Part shown: positions 12,376 to 25,769 of the stretch, piece after piece | How the letters are laid out: each line of letters starts with the position of its first letter | How positions within the stretch are numbered: position 1 is the first letter of the stretch | NCBI RefSeq assembly: GCF_006345805.1 | Contig: NC_042998.1 | Location: forward strand, 47,120,001 to 47,184,000 | Direction of reading: 5' to 3' | From: Octopus sinensis | Lineage: Eukaryota | Length of the DNA: 64,000 bases | Notes under the pieces: model-generated | What the model was told of the DNA's origin: nothing | What the model saw: the letters and a program-made list of their open reading frames with translations, nothing else | Database searches by the model: none | Translations under genes and position numbers: made by a program

Positions 12376-14886
12376 ATAGAAAAAGGAAAGGTCCAAGGAA
12401 GAGAGCACCAGTATCATTTCAGTAAAACTATATTTATTGCATAGCTATTAATTTTATTATTGAATAAAATATAGTATGGAACACTTATGCGTCTCCATTC
12501 ATCCAGTTGTTTCCTTAATCTTCGTATTTATATCAGTATTCTTCTAAAGAACCAAAGCACACATATTTCAAGGTGTGAACCATAATTAAAGTAAGCATCT
12601 TGCATGGAATGGGCAGCATTCATGTTAAAAGAAGGAAGATAGAGAGAGCAACAATGTGAATATAACCAGTTTGGTTCTAAAGTTAAAAAAAACAAAAAAC
12701 ACAGTGGCTACATGTTTCAACCTTACTACTGTTCTATTTGTAAATCTCACACAACCAACTAAAAAATTCATGATATTTATAAGTGCTCGGTCTAACAATG
12801 ACGAAAGCTTTCTTAAGATGAAAATATCTTTAACATAGCTTACTGCATTCAAAATCTTGCCCATTCAGAAGCAGAATCTGTACCAGTTTAGAACAACTGA
12901 TGAACCAATAAAAGTATAAATACACCCGAAACTAGGACACAGTGCACATATTTGTGATTGAGCGGCTGATACACGCACAAACATTGTATATGATATCTCC
13001 AAAACAAAAATGTTATTCAAATGACTGACACATCTTCATTTATTGACACTCAGAATTACACACTGTTGAGTGGAATCAAGTCTGTTTTGTTTACCAATTT
13101 ATTCATATAATACATTTTTTATCATCCCTAGTATTTCCCCACCACTACCATAACCAAACTATTTTTGCAATATTTTATATATAGATGTACCACCCTTCAG
13201 ACGACCCATCTTACTTACATTTCCCTACAATTTTATTAACGAGCTGTAGTGGAAGCTGAACGTTAAATACATCGATATGTTCTGTATGTAAGCATTTAAA
13301 AAAGCGATGGGCAGTGGTTCTTTCTATTCTGATCATAACGTAAAGTAAAAGCGTTTTTTCAGTTGAAGCAATCAATTGGAGAGTCAAGTCTATAACTTGT
13401 GTCTGATTATCGTTTGTTTGTTTATTAAAACATTTAGAATACTTAAAACGGCCACTGAGAAAAGCCCCGGACATTATTGTTACAGAAACTGAATGACTTC
13501 TTATTTGACAGCAAAATTTTTAATTAATATAATTTATTTTCGTTAATGTATTTTATCTGCCATTAATATATGTATCATTGCAGCATTTCTTATGGGTAAT
13601 GCATACTAATATTTAATTCTACTGCTTCTGGGTTATCATGACAATCCATGATGTTAGCAACGATGACAATGTTACCTTTGACACTACAGCATGTCATAAT
13701 TTCGAAATATCATGTTAATTGTTGAGATAACAAATATCTACCATCGCTATCTCTGTGAAAAAATATAAGTCATGAGAACAAGAACACCCAAAACGGCTGA
13801 AATGGCGACAAATGCATCTTAAATTCTGCTTCCGTCTGCTCTTAGATCTAGTGCCACTCGTTGTCCACACTCTCTCTGAAATTTTACTACGCTCACCACT
13901 AATTTTAATAGAATTCCCATTTTCATCTTTATATTCCTTTCAACTATTACTCTAGCCAACATCATGAGCATGAACATCATTACTGCAGATTATACCAATC
14001 TAGCACTAGTACCAAAACACCAAAAGAACAAAAGCAATTATTGCAAAAATAATGATTTATTTCACATATTTTGTAAATAATAATATGAATATCACAGTTA
14101 ATAATACTAATAGTAGAAAAAATAAAAATACAAAAGCAATGAATTACTAAATCAACATTAATAAAATATGTAAAATGAAACAACACAACACACATAAAAA
14201 ACATTAAAACGACAACAAAATAACGAGAACAAAATTTCATTAAGAACACATATATTACAAAAGAAAATAAGAAACGTATTGAAAATACAAAAGAAAAAGA
14301 AAAAGAAAGTGAAATGCATATATAAACTAGAATAAAAACAACAGCAACAACAACAACAACATTAACAACAACAGCTATAACAACAAACACTCTTTGGTTT
14401 GGTAGTTACAGTTGATGAGATCGGCGATAGAAAAACTAGAGGACATATTAGATTATCAAAAAAATATGCTGTCTAAACAAAACTGTGAAATTCTCATACA
14501 ATTGCTGATCTTTAAAGGGATATGTACCGCTTCATAAATTAAACAACCTCTTACCATATTTATTTACACACAACCACATATTTCAAGGAGGTTGGGATGT
14601 ATTATTTTAACATGTCTAACCTTATTTATATTTTAATTTTTCTCATGGATTCAAATCCCTTATATATTTCCGTATCTATACAATATCGCATTACTTCCAG
14701 CACAGCGACTATAATAGATTGTAAATTAATACGATTTCGTATATACGTCTATGGCGTCTTAACATACGAATAATAAGATACGTACAGTATACACGAACTA
14801 CATTCACGCACTCATAAACATGCATATATAAGCACATACATACATACATACATAAGTGTGTGTGTGTGTGTGCGTATATATATACA

Positions 14887-14976
<90 letters not shown>

Positions 14977-14978
14977 TT

Positions 14979-15330
14979 CTATTTTTTAATTATTACAAAG
15001 CTTCCACGGAGGAGGGAGCCGGTTTCCAACAAAGATAAAAGGTTCCATCTTTGGGATGTAGTTAACATAGACAAATTCACATTTGGAACCTGAGAAAAGT
15101 CTTGCATACTTTTACTGTTCCACTCACAGATTGCACTTGTATGAATTAGCCGGTTGATTTTTCTTTCTGAAAATCCCAGTTTATCCAGATTTTCTTTTAA
15201 GCACGTACTAACAAAACCTAGTGTTGCAATCATTATAGATATGTATATGAATTCAATGTCTGGATATAGAAGCTTGAGGTTTCGAAGCTGTTATCCATAG
15301 ACATTCTCTTTTTCTTTGATTTTCGAAGAA
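14979..15330 (-). mobile_element. RLE non-LTR retrotransposon 3' relic (same family as 63017-63830)
   Basis: IATLGFVSTCLKENLDKLGFSERKINRLI matches IGTLGYVTHYLNTNLEKLGFSKRERRKLI at 63.1 kb. Confidence 0.7.
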
Positions 15331-15370
<40 letters not shown>

Positions 15371-15779
15371 CCTAGGCCTTAAATATGTTTTAGTCTTCTC
15401 TGTGTATGTCTAATTTTCTCGTTCTTCTGGCGATACAGCAGAGCAACAGTTTCACTGACAACCATTGATGCTTAAAACCGCCCATGTGATCCCAGTACCC
15501 AGCCAATCTGACTAGCTATACCTTAATAGCATGTCAGTTTTAGAGTATACTTAAATCTGGAGATTATCTCCATTTTTCATTTTGAATTGTTCTTAATTCC
15601 TACCAAAAATAATGTTTCATCTCCTTTAAAGGCGGTGGTAATTTCAATAAGTGATATATTTATCTTGTATGTAATCCTACTCGACTTTGCTGTTGAAATT
15701 TACATCATTCGCTGCTTTGAGTGATCCCTCATAAACAAGGGTGCCTAATTACTCTAGTACTGTTCTCTCTATATCTAGC

Positions 15780-16400
15780 AGCAGTGCTGGAAGGTGCAGT
15801 TGAGAAAGTTGGAGGGGATCCTTACATTGTTTGTTGCTGCTGTGTTCAATACTGTACAATATAAAACCAAGACGCACAATACGAAAGCCCTAGTGCGAGA
15901 GATGCTGTTCGCTGGTGAAAGTGCACTGGCTGCCCACAGCGCTGAAAATATGAAGAAACTGGCAGACAACTTTACCAGAGCTGTACAATAGTTCAGTTTA
16001 AAGATTAACATAAGAAAAACCGAATACCAATAGCAACCTGTGGAGAAGCTGACTGTCCCTGTAAAAGAAGAAACATCACTATTAGACATGAAAGTCTGGC
16101 TCACTTCAAAGCATTGAAATAACTAGACAGCACTATCTCAGATAATGTACGACTAGACATGCAAAACGAGCAGAGCTAGTACTTCATTTGGCAAGCTGCA
16201 GGAAAAGCTATGGAAAAATAGGTATGTTTCTATACATTTGTATGGTATGTCAGATTACAATGCTTTTTCCTTTGCTGTGTGGAGCTGAAAGCTGGACAGT
16301 CTACAAAGCTCAAGTAGACAAGTTACATGTATATATAATGAGACAACTGCGTCGCATTATGAATATTATGCTAGGATATTCTCAAATACTTGATGTAATA
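15780..16400 (+). mobile_element. RTE-clade LINE reverse transcriptase fragment (degenerate)
   Basis: VREMLFAGESALAAHS (decayed LLFADD), then LKINIRKTE and CGAESWTVYKAQVDKLHVYIMRQLRRIMNI, broken by stops and frameshifts. Confidence 0.8.
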
Positions 16401-17099
16401 AAATAGCAAGTAACACACAGCAAACATCAAAGTTTCAAAATAATTTATCAATGCCAGAGACTATCACATCAATAATTTACCCTTGGACATTTCCACGATT
16501 AGCAGAAATAATTCATTAAATATAATCATCGTGTTTCTTTAACATCTTGTTTCTTTGGTGTGGGATGGATCTTGAAAGAAAGGTCTGATCTGAACGGAAC
16601 TTAATTTAACTTCAATGTTGTTTACGCAAAGTCGAATTAATTGGCTGGAGGATCTACCAACCAAAACATTGTCTTGTATCTTACCTTTTGAAATTGAAAT
16701 TAATGAATTCAGAGTTTAAGTTGGCACTACCAGAATTTTGGCTCTGGAGTTATTACAGTCTCTTATTTTCTCTTCTAAAAACGCAAAGTTTTATTCAATA
16801 GAATAGTTATAGTTGATAATAGAATTTGTTGCCGAGAAAAATATTAAGATACAACTATAAAAATATAGCTTGCTTTCCTTTGGTTTCTATTACACTATCA
16901 AAAAATAAAATTTTACGAATGTTTTTATATCAATATACATTTTGAATTCAGATCAGCGTAGATTAGTATTATTCTCAGCTTATATCTACTATACACAGAA
17001 AGTATAACATTACTCGTATTTTGAACATAGAAAGCAACGTTGCAACGTTGATTTATAACTTGCAAACAACATATACTTGTAAGTTAAGTTAATTTTTTG

Positions 17100-17385
17100 G
17101 CTCAAAAAGCAAAAAGCAAGGCCATGTAGGGAGACTTGGAGTTATGTACAGGGAGGGTGTTCATTCAAAGAGTTCAGGACATTTCTGGTCAAGAGAGACT
17201 TTGAACCGAGCGGTTGTCGGCATCTTCACTATCTCGTCCGGCAGCTTATTCCACGGATCTGCAACCCGGACGGAGAAAGCCCCTCTCCTTCGATTGAGAT
17301 GAAATCGTCGCAGATAGAGCTTTCGGAGTGAATGTAGGGTGACGATGTATTGTGGAAGAAAAGCTATTGGTGAACAGAGTACACT
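17100..17385 (-). mobile_element. CR1/L2-group LINE 3' end
   Basis: HSLRKLY..RRGAFSVRVADPWNKLPDEIV..FKVSLD is the typical CR1-group C-terminus; followed by a 3' UTR. Confidence 0.8.
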
Positions 17386-19259
17386 ACCCTGTTTCAATTC
17401 CTGGCAATTCCTGGCCGTGTAATCTAATATTTCTTTTCCATAGTAAACATAGTAACTGATATATTGGTAAAACTGTGAATCATATAGCTTTATAATGCCA
17501 AAAGTATATGAAATAAATAGATTTTGTTTTATTAGAGGATTATTTTATTTATAATCGCAAATTTGAATTTATTCGTCGGTTTGGATGAGCGTGAATTCTG
17601 ACGTTTTGTATAAATACTTCAGTGAACGAAAAATATTTAAGTGATGGGAGAAACAGTTCAGGAATACGAGCTGGAAAACGAATAAAAGTTTATTTTATTG
17701 ATATAAAAATCGCTATTTTATAGTTGTAAAACTTATATCATCTTTAAAGATAAGGAGAAAATCCACTTGGAATTATTCTATCTGACGTGATACTCCTGAG
17801 AATATGGTTCCAGAAAACGTGGAAATGTCATGGATGTTTTGTTGGTATTTAGTCAATTGGTATAGTGTTATTTAGAACAATTATCTGATTGGAAAACAGG
17901 AAGATAGATTATCGGGGTGCATGAAAGTGTCAACAAGTTGTATAGGATACGGACAGATAGTTCTTTGGAGCGTGTAAGGGTCGACAAGGTTTCTGGGTGA
18001 TACACAGGTCAGTGGTTTTTAGAGTGCATGTGACGATCGACTAACTGGGTGGGACACAGGTGGTAAGATCGTTGATGCTGTAGCTATGATAAATACTGGC
18101 AAAGGAACATTTAAGATCTAAAGTGTAAACAGAAGCAACATGAATATTAATTTTGCGGCGGACATTCGACCAATGCTTCAGTCGATTAGAAAAAACACGA
18201 AAAGAGAATGTTCTATTGATTACTGAAATTCTCTCCCAGTTTTGCTAAAACACACTATCTCTTATTAATTCATAGATACATACATTCAATAACATCTTTC
18301 TCTTTTCTTCACAGTACAGCTTTTTCTTTGAGAGATTTTTATTTTTATATTTGTCTTCGTTTCAAAAAAAGTCAGGTTTTACGAATGATTTTTGTTAGTT
18401 TTGTTTTTGTTACTGTTCTCTAAGGAATACATGAGTCCAAACTACACATGCTAGTACTGTCTCAGAAAGATAAGGTAGTCAAAGAATATTTATATTCAAT
18501 ACAAACGTTCTGTGTTCTTGTAAAAACCGATGTATAATTTCTCTTTTTCTTCTGCCATTTATCAGGTGACTAAAAGTAAAAATGGAAAAATTCAAAAACA
18601 TAAAGCACACATACAGGACATATTTGCAGAATGAATAAAAAGTGTACTTATTTATTTGTTTATTTATTATTTATTATCATGCGATTGTTCTTCTGTCAGA
18701 CCGTATCAGATACTAGTAAAGTGTCTTGTCTCGATGTATATTATAACATTTGCACCTTCATTCGTGAATATATCTATATAAGATAGTTCCTAATCGTCAC
18801 GATAGATGAAACAGATCAATCCAGGGTAAGATCTTTAATTTTCATCCTACCCCTTTACCTATCCCTCCTTCAATACAAATTTTGATCAGTAATTTATACT
18901 AAATTAATGAGGCGTTTAAAAGCATTGGAATCGATTAATATCTATTATAATTACAAAGGCGGGGGTGACGGCATAGATAGTAAAAGAGAAAACTAATATT
19001 TCAAAGACATTTATCCTTAGAGGAAACCGTACTAGGGATCGTTTTACATTTCTATCCGTCAGGAAAAAGAAAATAAGACACTTTATCATTTCAGACTTCA
19101 ATACATAACGAAAGAAAATTCGGTTTATTACACAGCGACAAAAAAAATAACAACCAAAAACAAATGTAAATAAGCGAGAAAAAAACTTCAAAAATACATT
19201 ATTAAAAAATTTCCATAATAACCATCGTCATTATCGTTTCATTTGCTCTCTCTTATTAT

Positions 19260-19269
19260 TGTCGTTGCA

Positions 19270-19326
<57 letters not shown>

Positions 19327-19530
19327 GTCATTGTTATTGTTGTTGTTGTTGTTGTTGCTGTATTTGTTGCTGTTGTTCTTGTAATCATATTTATTAAAAT
19401 CCCACTCAGACGAGTCGTGCCTTTCATCCCGCACCCCACCACGGGGGCCGATGAAGTTATTGTAAAATACTGGGGTTCACCTTAACTTACAAGTGTTGGC
19501 CTTGTACCTAAATTAGAGACTGCTATAATA

Positions 19531-19574
<44 letters not shown>

Positions 19575-19656
19575 AATAATAGTAATAATAATAACAACAA
19601 CAACAACAATGATAATAATAATAATAATAATAATAATAGTAATAAGTAGAAGAAAG

Positions 19657-19727
<71 letters not shown>

Positions 19728-19882
19728 GATTTAACTCGGGTTCATTCTTATTCCTGGTAAAATGTATGTTGGTATCCACAAGCTTTCAATAATCTTTCAA
19801 GTGCTTAAGACCCTCCTGATAATCTTTCCCGTCCCTATCATCATCATCATCATCATCCTCATTATTATTATTATTATTATTA

Positions 19883-19936
<54 letters not shown>

Positions 19937-19980
19937 CATCATCATCATCAATGTTGTTATTGTTTTATTACTAATGCTGT
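19260..19980. repeat. Cluster of (TAA/TTA), (GAT), (CAA) and (CAT) trinucleotide arrays
   Basis: Directly visible; source of the poly-I, poly-L, poly-N and poly-M ORFs. Confidence 0.97.
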
Positions 19981-20475
19981 TGTTGATGTATTTGTTGTCG
20001 CTAATGCTGCGAAAGCGTAATCATGTGTGTTTGTGTGCGTTTAAAGTAAGGTAGATACACACATATACATCTATGCGTATATTTATACATACGTTCAAGT
20101 TTCTATCAATCACGATTAACGTGTTACCGCATCAAATGAATCGAAGATTTTTTTTGCATGTTTCATTCATTGTCATGATCATCATCGTCATCATCGTCAT
20201 CATCGTAATCATCACCATCGTCGTCGTGGTCGTCATCGTCATCGTCGTTACCATATTCATCCTTGCTTTTAACATTCTGAGTTCAAATTCCGCCGAGGTC
20301 GATTTTTACCTTTTATTTCGGGGCCGACAAAATAAGTTTCAAGCTGAACATTAGGGGTCGATGTAATCGACTGATCCCTACCCCTGAAATTGCTGGCCTT
20401 GAGCTAAGATTTGAAACCATCACCACCACCACCACCACCACCACCATCCTCCTCTTCATCATCAACATCATCATC

Positions 20476-20525
<50 letters not shown>

Positions 20526-20589
20526 TCAACATCACCATCATTGAATTTTGAATGGGGATAATTTATCCTTGAAGGCATGCTACACCAAT

Positions 20590-20955
20590 CAGCCTCAGGT
20601 CTCAAGGACTCTTCCTTTCATTCTTACCATTCCCAGCAACGTAGCTTTCTGCAGCAGCCCCATGCCACTCTGCTACTTTTTATGAATTGCATCTTATCTC
20701 AATAGAACTTAAGGAAAATAGCTACCATTCCGTACGCAACTTCTGCGATTGGAATTATACTTCCATATCTTTTCCAGCTAAGAATAGTTCGCTGTCGTTG
20801 ATCACTTCTTATTTCTCTTTACTTCTTTTAATCTTTTTGTTGGGGATTGCTTTGTCAATAATGTCACAGTTCCCGTCTTGTACAGGTTCGAATCAAGGTT
20901 TCTGTGTTCTATTGAATGGTCTGTTTGTGGGATGAAATCCCAGAGAATTGTCATT
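20590..20955 (-). mobile_element. R4/Dong-like RLE 3' fragment (degenerate)
   Basis: ILWDFIPQTDHSIEHRNLD.. and GLLQKATLLGMVR..; abuts the (TTG/TTA)n array at 20955-21066. Confidence 0.65.
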
Positions 20956-20983
20956 TTGTTGTTGTTGCTGTTGCTGTTATTAT

Positions 20984-21065
<82 letters not shown>

Positions 21066-21066
21066 G

Positions 21067-21465
21067 AGTGAGAGAGCAGCGCATGCCATCAAAATGGCAC
21101 TGGAGTACAAATATATGAAGCCCAAAATACCCATCATGACCACCCGTCTGATAAGGGCACACCAGGCACATGCATCACAACCATAAATGCATGACTTCCG
21201 GGGGTGAATTATTCAAATCCCCAAAGAATTCCTCTCAACACGTGGCTATGAGGCTCCCCAACTACTTCTGCTCGGGATCAGAGATGCACATACCGTCAAC
21301 CACTAAGGGACATGCTCAACTGATTATGATCAAGCAACTGACAAGAAAATCTGTGCTATTGAACATAATATTTGTTGTAGCCCATCTTTTATACCAAGAC
21401 AAAACATGTACATGATAACACTTCCAATCCGTTAAGATCAGAAGTCTGGTATTGGCTCAGGTCAT
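21067..21465 (-). repeat. Non-coding interspersed repeat flanked by (TAA)n, probable 3' UTR of a Dong-like element
   Basis: On the minus strand it ends ..GCTGCTCTCTCACTC then (AAT)n; TAA runs on both sides; no ORF of note. Confidence 0.45.
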
Positions 21466-21469
21466 TTAT

Positions 21470-22075
21470 TATTATCATTATTTTCTTTTTATCACATGTT
21501 TTGTTGTAGCTCCTTGCGTCTTGCATGCGTACATGCAGCCTACGGTACCATGCTATTCGTTCTTTTCAGCTATCTAATACTTTCCTGATTATTCTGAGTG
21601 TGCCAAAGAGGCAAAACTTTTGTAACAGTTCTACTGGGCACGCTATTCCAAATTCCATTATATTCCTTTCGATGCCTTCTGTTCCCAAGAACCCAGCAAC
21701 GATTGGCACTATCTTCACCTTCCTGATTGTCCATAACCGGGCTATTTCGTATTGAAGAAGGTTGTATCTATCTATCTTTTCGCCTTCCTTCTTGACTATT
21801 CGTGGGTCAGAAAGCCATGCAACATCAGCTATATAGCATATATGGTGCACCTTGTACACCATCACTCTAACACCTGATCTGTTTGGATTTGGAAATCCCA
21901 GAGGATTTTGCAAGTCTCCGACTCTGTCACTCTCTGCAGTTTGTACTCATACCATGCCTTGCCTCTCTCTAGCCCCCGCTTTTCGTACGGTTTCCAATGT
22001 AGCACTTCCGCTACCTGGTCGTGTCGCTCCAAATTGTAATGATTTGGGGCAAGTTTATGGCATTCGATCGTAATA
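21470..22075 (-). mobile_element. R4/Dong-like RLE domain plus 3' UTR
   Basis: RHDQVA..LHW, KILWDFQIQTD, EKIDRYNLLQYEIARLW..VPIVAGFLG..LRIIRKVLDS; a duplicate of the 3' UTR lies at 22100-22245. Confidence 0.85.
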
Positions 22076-22406
22076 TGGGCAATAATTTCATCACAGCGGA
22101 GACACTTATTACTATTATTATTGTTTTCTTTTTATCACAGATTTTGTTGGAACTCCTGGAGTCTTGCATACGTAGCAGGCTTACAACCTGCAGTCTACGG
22201 TACCATGCTTATTTTTTTTCTAAAATTCTCCTTGCGTCTTGTAAGGCGCGGGAGTGACTCTGTGGTAAGTAGCTTGCTTACCAATCACATGGTTCAGGGT
22301 TCAGTCCCATTCCGTGGCAGCTTGGGCAAGTGTCTTCTCTTAAAGGTTCGGGCCGACCGAAGCCTTCTGAGTGGATTTGATAGACGGAAACTGAAAGAAG
22401 TACGTC

Positions 22407-22490
<84 letters not shown>

Positions 22491-22557
22491 GTGTGTGTGT
22501 GTGTGTGTATGTGTGTGTGCGTGCGTGTGTGTGTGTGTGTATGTGTATGTGTGTGTG

Positions 22558-22613
<56 letters not shown>

Positions 22614-22666
22614 GAAAAAACAAGTCAAAAATAGAAAATGCTAAGATGATTTTATAGTGAATCTTT

Positions 22667-22704
22667 CAGTACCGGTTTCGGTCATTTTGAGACCTTTTCA
22701 ACTG
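22667..22704 (-). ncRNA. Type I hammerhead motif with U3-A8 core (UUGAAAA)
   Basis: CAG-TTGAAAA-GGTC-tcaaaat-GACC-GAAAC-CG-GTA/CTG. Confidence 0.65.
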
Positions 22705-23289
22705 TAACGATTAATAATTAAATTTTGAAAATTTAGAAAAATTAGAAGAAAGGTTTTTTTAAAGGAATACTTCCATAGTAGTGTTCAGATATATGTGGCA
22801 TTCTGCTTTTCTCTGACTCCCTTGTTTGCACTTGTGTATTCGAGGTCGTTGTGAGTTCTTGAGGGGGTGGGAGTGGGAAAATCTGGGCTGGTCAGTGGCG
22901 ACCGGCAGTCGCTGCGTAGGCGTTATACTTAAAGACATTAGTGGGGTAGAAGGTGGAGAAGTAGAAGAAGAAGAAGAGGAGAAGGAGAAGATGATGATGA
23001 TGATGGTGGTGATGACGATGACGACGATGATGATGATAACGATGATGATGAAGAAGAAGAAGGAGAAGGAGAAGATGATGATGATGATGGTGGTGATGAC
23101 GATGACGACGATGATGATGATAACGATGATGATGAAGAAGAAGAAGAAGAGGGAGAAGAAGAAAAAACAGAGAAGGGAGAATATGAATGGGTGAAGATAT
23201 AGCTGTTTTGGGGCGATTAGTAATGGATTCTATGGAATGTAATATTTGTGTGTGTATATATATTTCTTTTATTCTTAAGTTGAGCTATA

Positions 23290-24755
23290 TTAATTGTTTG
23301 TCGTAGACCCGTTAAGAAGTGGTCTGTATTTTATAATAAAGAGATTTTCTTTACTTATTCGTTGTCTCGAGGTTGTATCGTCCCTAATTGGTAGAGGGGG
23401 AAAATTCTGAAGTTTGGTGTTTTTTTGTTGGCGCAAGTATCTATGTGTTGGCTAAAAGCTATTTTTCTGTTTTGGGGAATTTTTATCTGGGATCTGTGCA
23501 GGGCCATTCGTTTACGCAAACCATTTTTTGTTTGGCCTATGTACTGCTCTTGACACCCGGAGCAGGTTAGTGAGTATATTAGGTTCTCCGAAGCACATGT
23601 GAAGTTGCTTTTCACTGTAAACCGTTGTCCCTGTTTGAAGGAGAACTCAGAACCCTCGATTAGATAGTCGCATATCCCGCAATTGGGTCTTCCACATTTT
23701 TTTACTGTCGGCTTCTGTGTTGAAGAGTGAATTCGGGCTTGTGTTAGAAGACTTTTCATGGATCTAGGCTGTCTTTTGCTTTTTATGATCGTGTGTGTTT
23801 GGAGGATTGTGTTCATTCTGTGGTCTTTTTTTGGAGGGGTATGTTGTGGAGGATGGTGCCGAAGGCTTCGTTATTGAGAGGGTTGTGTGTGGAGAATGTA
23901 TGGTAAGGCTTTTGGTTGTAAGTTTTTCTTTGATTTGGGATGTCTCAGTTCCTTGATGTTAAGTTGAAGGGCACGTTGAATGCCCTTGTCAATAAGTGAA
24001 GGTGGATAGTTCCTGGTGATAAGGGTATCTTTTAGTTCTTGTAGTCGTGTGTCTCTGGTGTTTGCGTTAGAGACTATAGTGCATATCCTTTTTGCTAGAT
24101 TGAAGGGGATATTCATCCTGGTGTGTCTGGGGTGGCATGAATTGAATGGAAGATATTGCTTAGAGTCTGTAGGTTTATAGTATATGTCTGTTTCTATTAT
24201 ATTATTAGCTTTCTTAATGAGGATATCGAGGAAGGGAAGTTGTTGCTGGCTATATTCCATCGTGAATTGGATGTTTACGTCCAGCCCGTTTAAAATTTCC
24301 TGGAATTCTATGAGTTTTTCTATATTTTTATGCCAAAGAATGAAACAGTCATCTAGATATCTCTTCCAGTTGTTTTCTATGTAGATGGAGAAAGGGCTGC
24401 CATATCTTTCTAGAACCTTACGATATAGACTGATCTCTAGGTATCCTATGACTAGGTTGGCAAAGGAGGGGGCCATTCGTGTACCCATCGCAGTCCCCGA
24501 TTTTTGTCGGTAGAAGTTGTCATTGAAGGCGAAGAAGTTATTTTCCAGGATGAATTTAACCCCTTCTATCACGAATTATTTTTTGATGCGGTGTGGTAGT
24601 TCGTTGGCGTGATTCTCTAGCCAGAATTGGATTGCCTCTAGTCCTAGGCTGTGGGGGATATTGGAATAGAGGTTGACTACATCGAAGGCTACCAGTATGG
24701 TGTTTTGGTTTATAGTATTCGGTAGGTGATTGAGCATATCTAAGTCGTCCCTTAT
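23290..24755 (-). mobile_element. Penelope-like retroelement, RT plus C-terminal GIY-YIG endonuclease, 5'-truncated, few disablements
   Basis: FDVVNLYSNIP, GTAMGTRMAPSFANL, RYLDD, LPFLDI, CHPRH; CGRPNCGIC linker; LIYSLTCSGC..YIGQT..RMALHR; one in-frame TAA at 24576 and a frameshift near 23.85 kb. Confidence 0.95.
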
Positions 24756-24954
24756 ATATATATATATATATATATATATTTCTTTACTACCCACAAGGAG
24801 CTAAACACAGAGGGGACAAACAAGGACAGACAAAGGGATTAAGTCGACTACATCGACCCCAGTGCGTTACTGGTACTTAATTTATCGACCCCGAAAGGAT
24901 GAAAGGCAAAGTCGACCTCGGCGGAATTTGAACTATATATATATATATATATAG

Positions 24955-25265
24955 TGAAGGCGAATGGCTCAGGGCTAGAGCATCGAAATTACGATCGTGA
25001 GGTTGTGAGTTCGATTCCCGGACGGGGTTGCGTGTTGGGTTCTTGAGCAAGACACTTTATTTCAAGTTGCTCCAGTTAATTCAGCTGTAGAAATCAGTTA
25101 CGACATCACTAGTGCCAACTATATCGGCTTTTGTCTTTCTCTTGGATAACATCAGTGGTGTGGAGAGGGGAGGCTGGCATACATGAGCGACTGCTGGCCT
25201 TCTATAACCAACCTTGCCCGGACTTGTACTTTCTAGGTGCATGGTCATTCATGACCGAAGGGGGT
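24955..25265 (+). mobile_element. tRNA-derived SINE, family C
   Basis: Aligns along its length with 2112-2438; further degenerate copies at 40665-40990 and 52490-52620. Confidence 0.8.
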
Positions 25266-25650
25266 TTCCTTCATATATATATATATATGTTTATGTGTGT
25301 GTTTGTGTGTTTGTCCCGCACCATCGCATGACAACCGATGCTAGTGTGTTTACTTCCCCGTAATCCAGCAGTTCGGTAAAAGTGAGCGATAAAATAAGTA
25401 ATATATTTACAAAGAAAAAAGTCCTGGGGCCGATTTTTCGACTAAAAGGCGGTGCTCCAGCATGACCGCAGTCAAGTGACTGAAACAGATAAAGAATAAA
25501 ACAGTAAAATTGTAAACGAGTGGAAATCGAACCGGTGAATGTGTTAAGGAATAAAGCACTAAAAGCGAATAACTCTCCCCAGACACAATCAAATATGCTT
25601 CAACACACAAATTCACATAAAGAATCTTGCAAACCAAATACAAAAGCGAA

Positions 25651-25686
<36 letters not shown>

Positions 25687-25769
25687 GTTGTTGTTGTTGT
25701 TGTTGTTATTATTATTATTGTTATTGTTGTTGTTGTTATTATTATTATTATCATTATTATTATTATTCT

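Noticed and set aside
12897-12940. CTGATGA...GAAAC spacing like a hammerhead
   Set aside because: No stem I or stem II pairing and no GUH triplet
12430-13560. Non-repetitive AT-rich block with short ORFs, perhaps a DNA-transposon fossil
   Set aside because: No DDE or other motif could be identified with confidence
22960-23170. Acidic poly-D/E reading frame with an internal duplication of about 85 bp
   Set aside because: Compound GAT/GAA trinucleotide repeat with no splice or domain context
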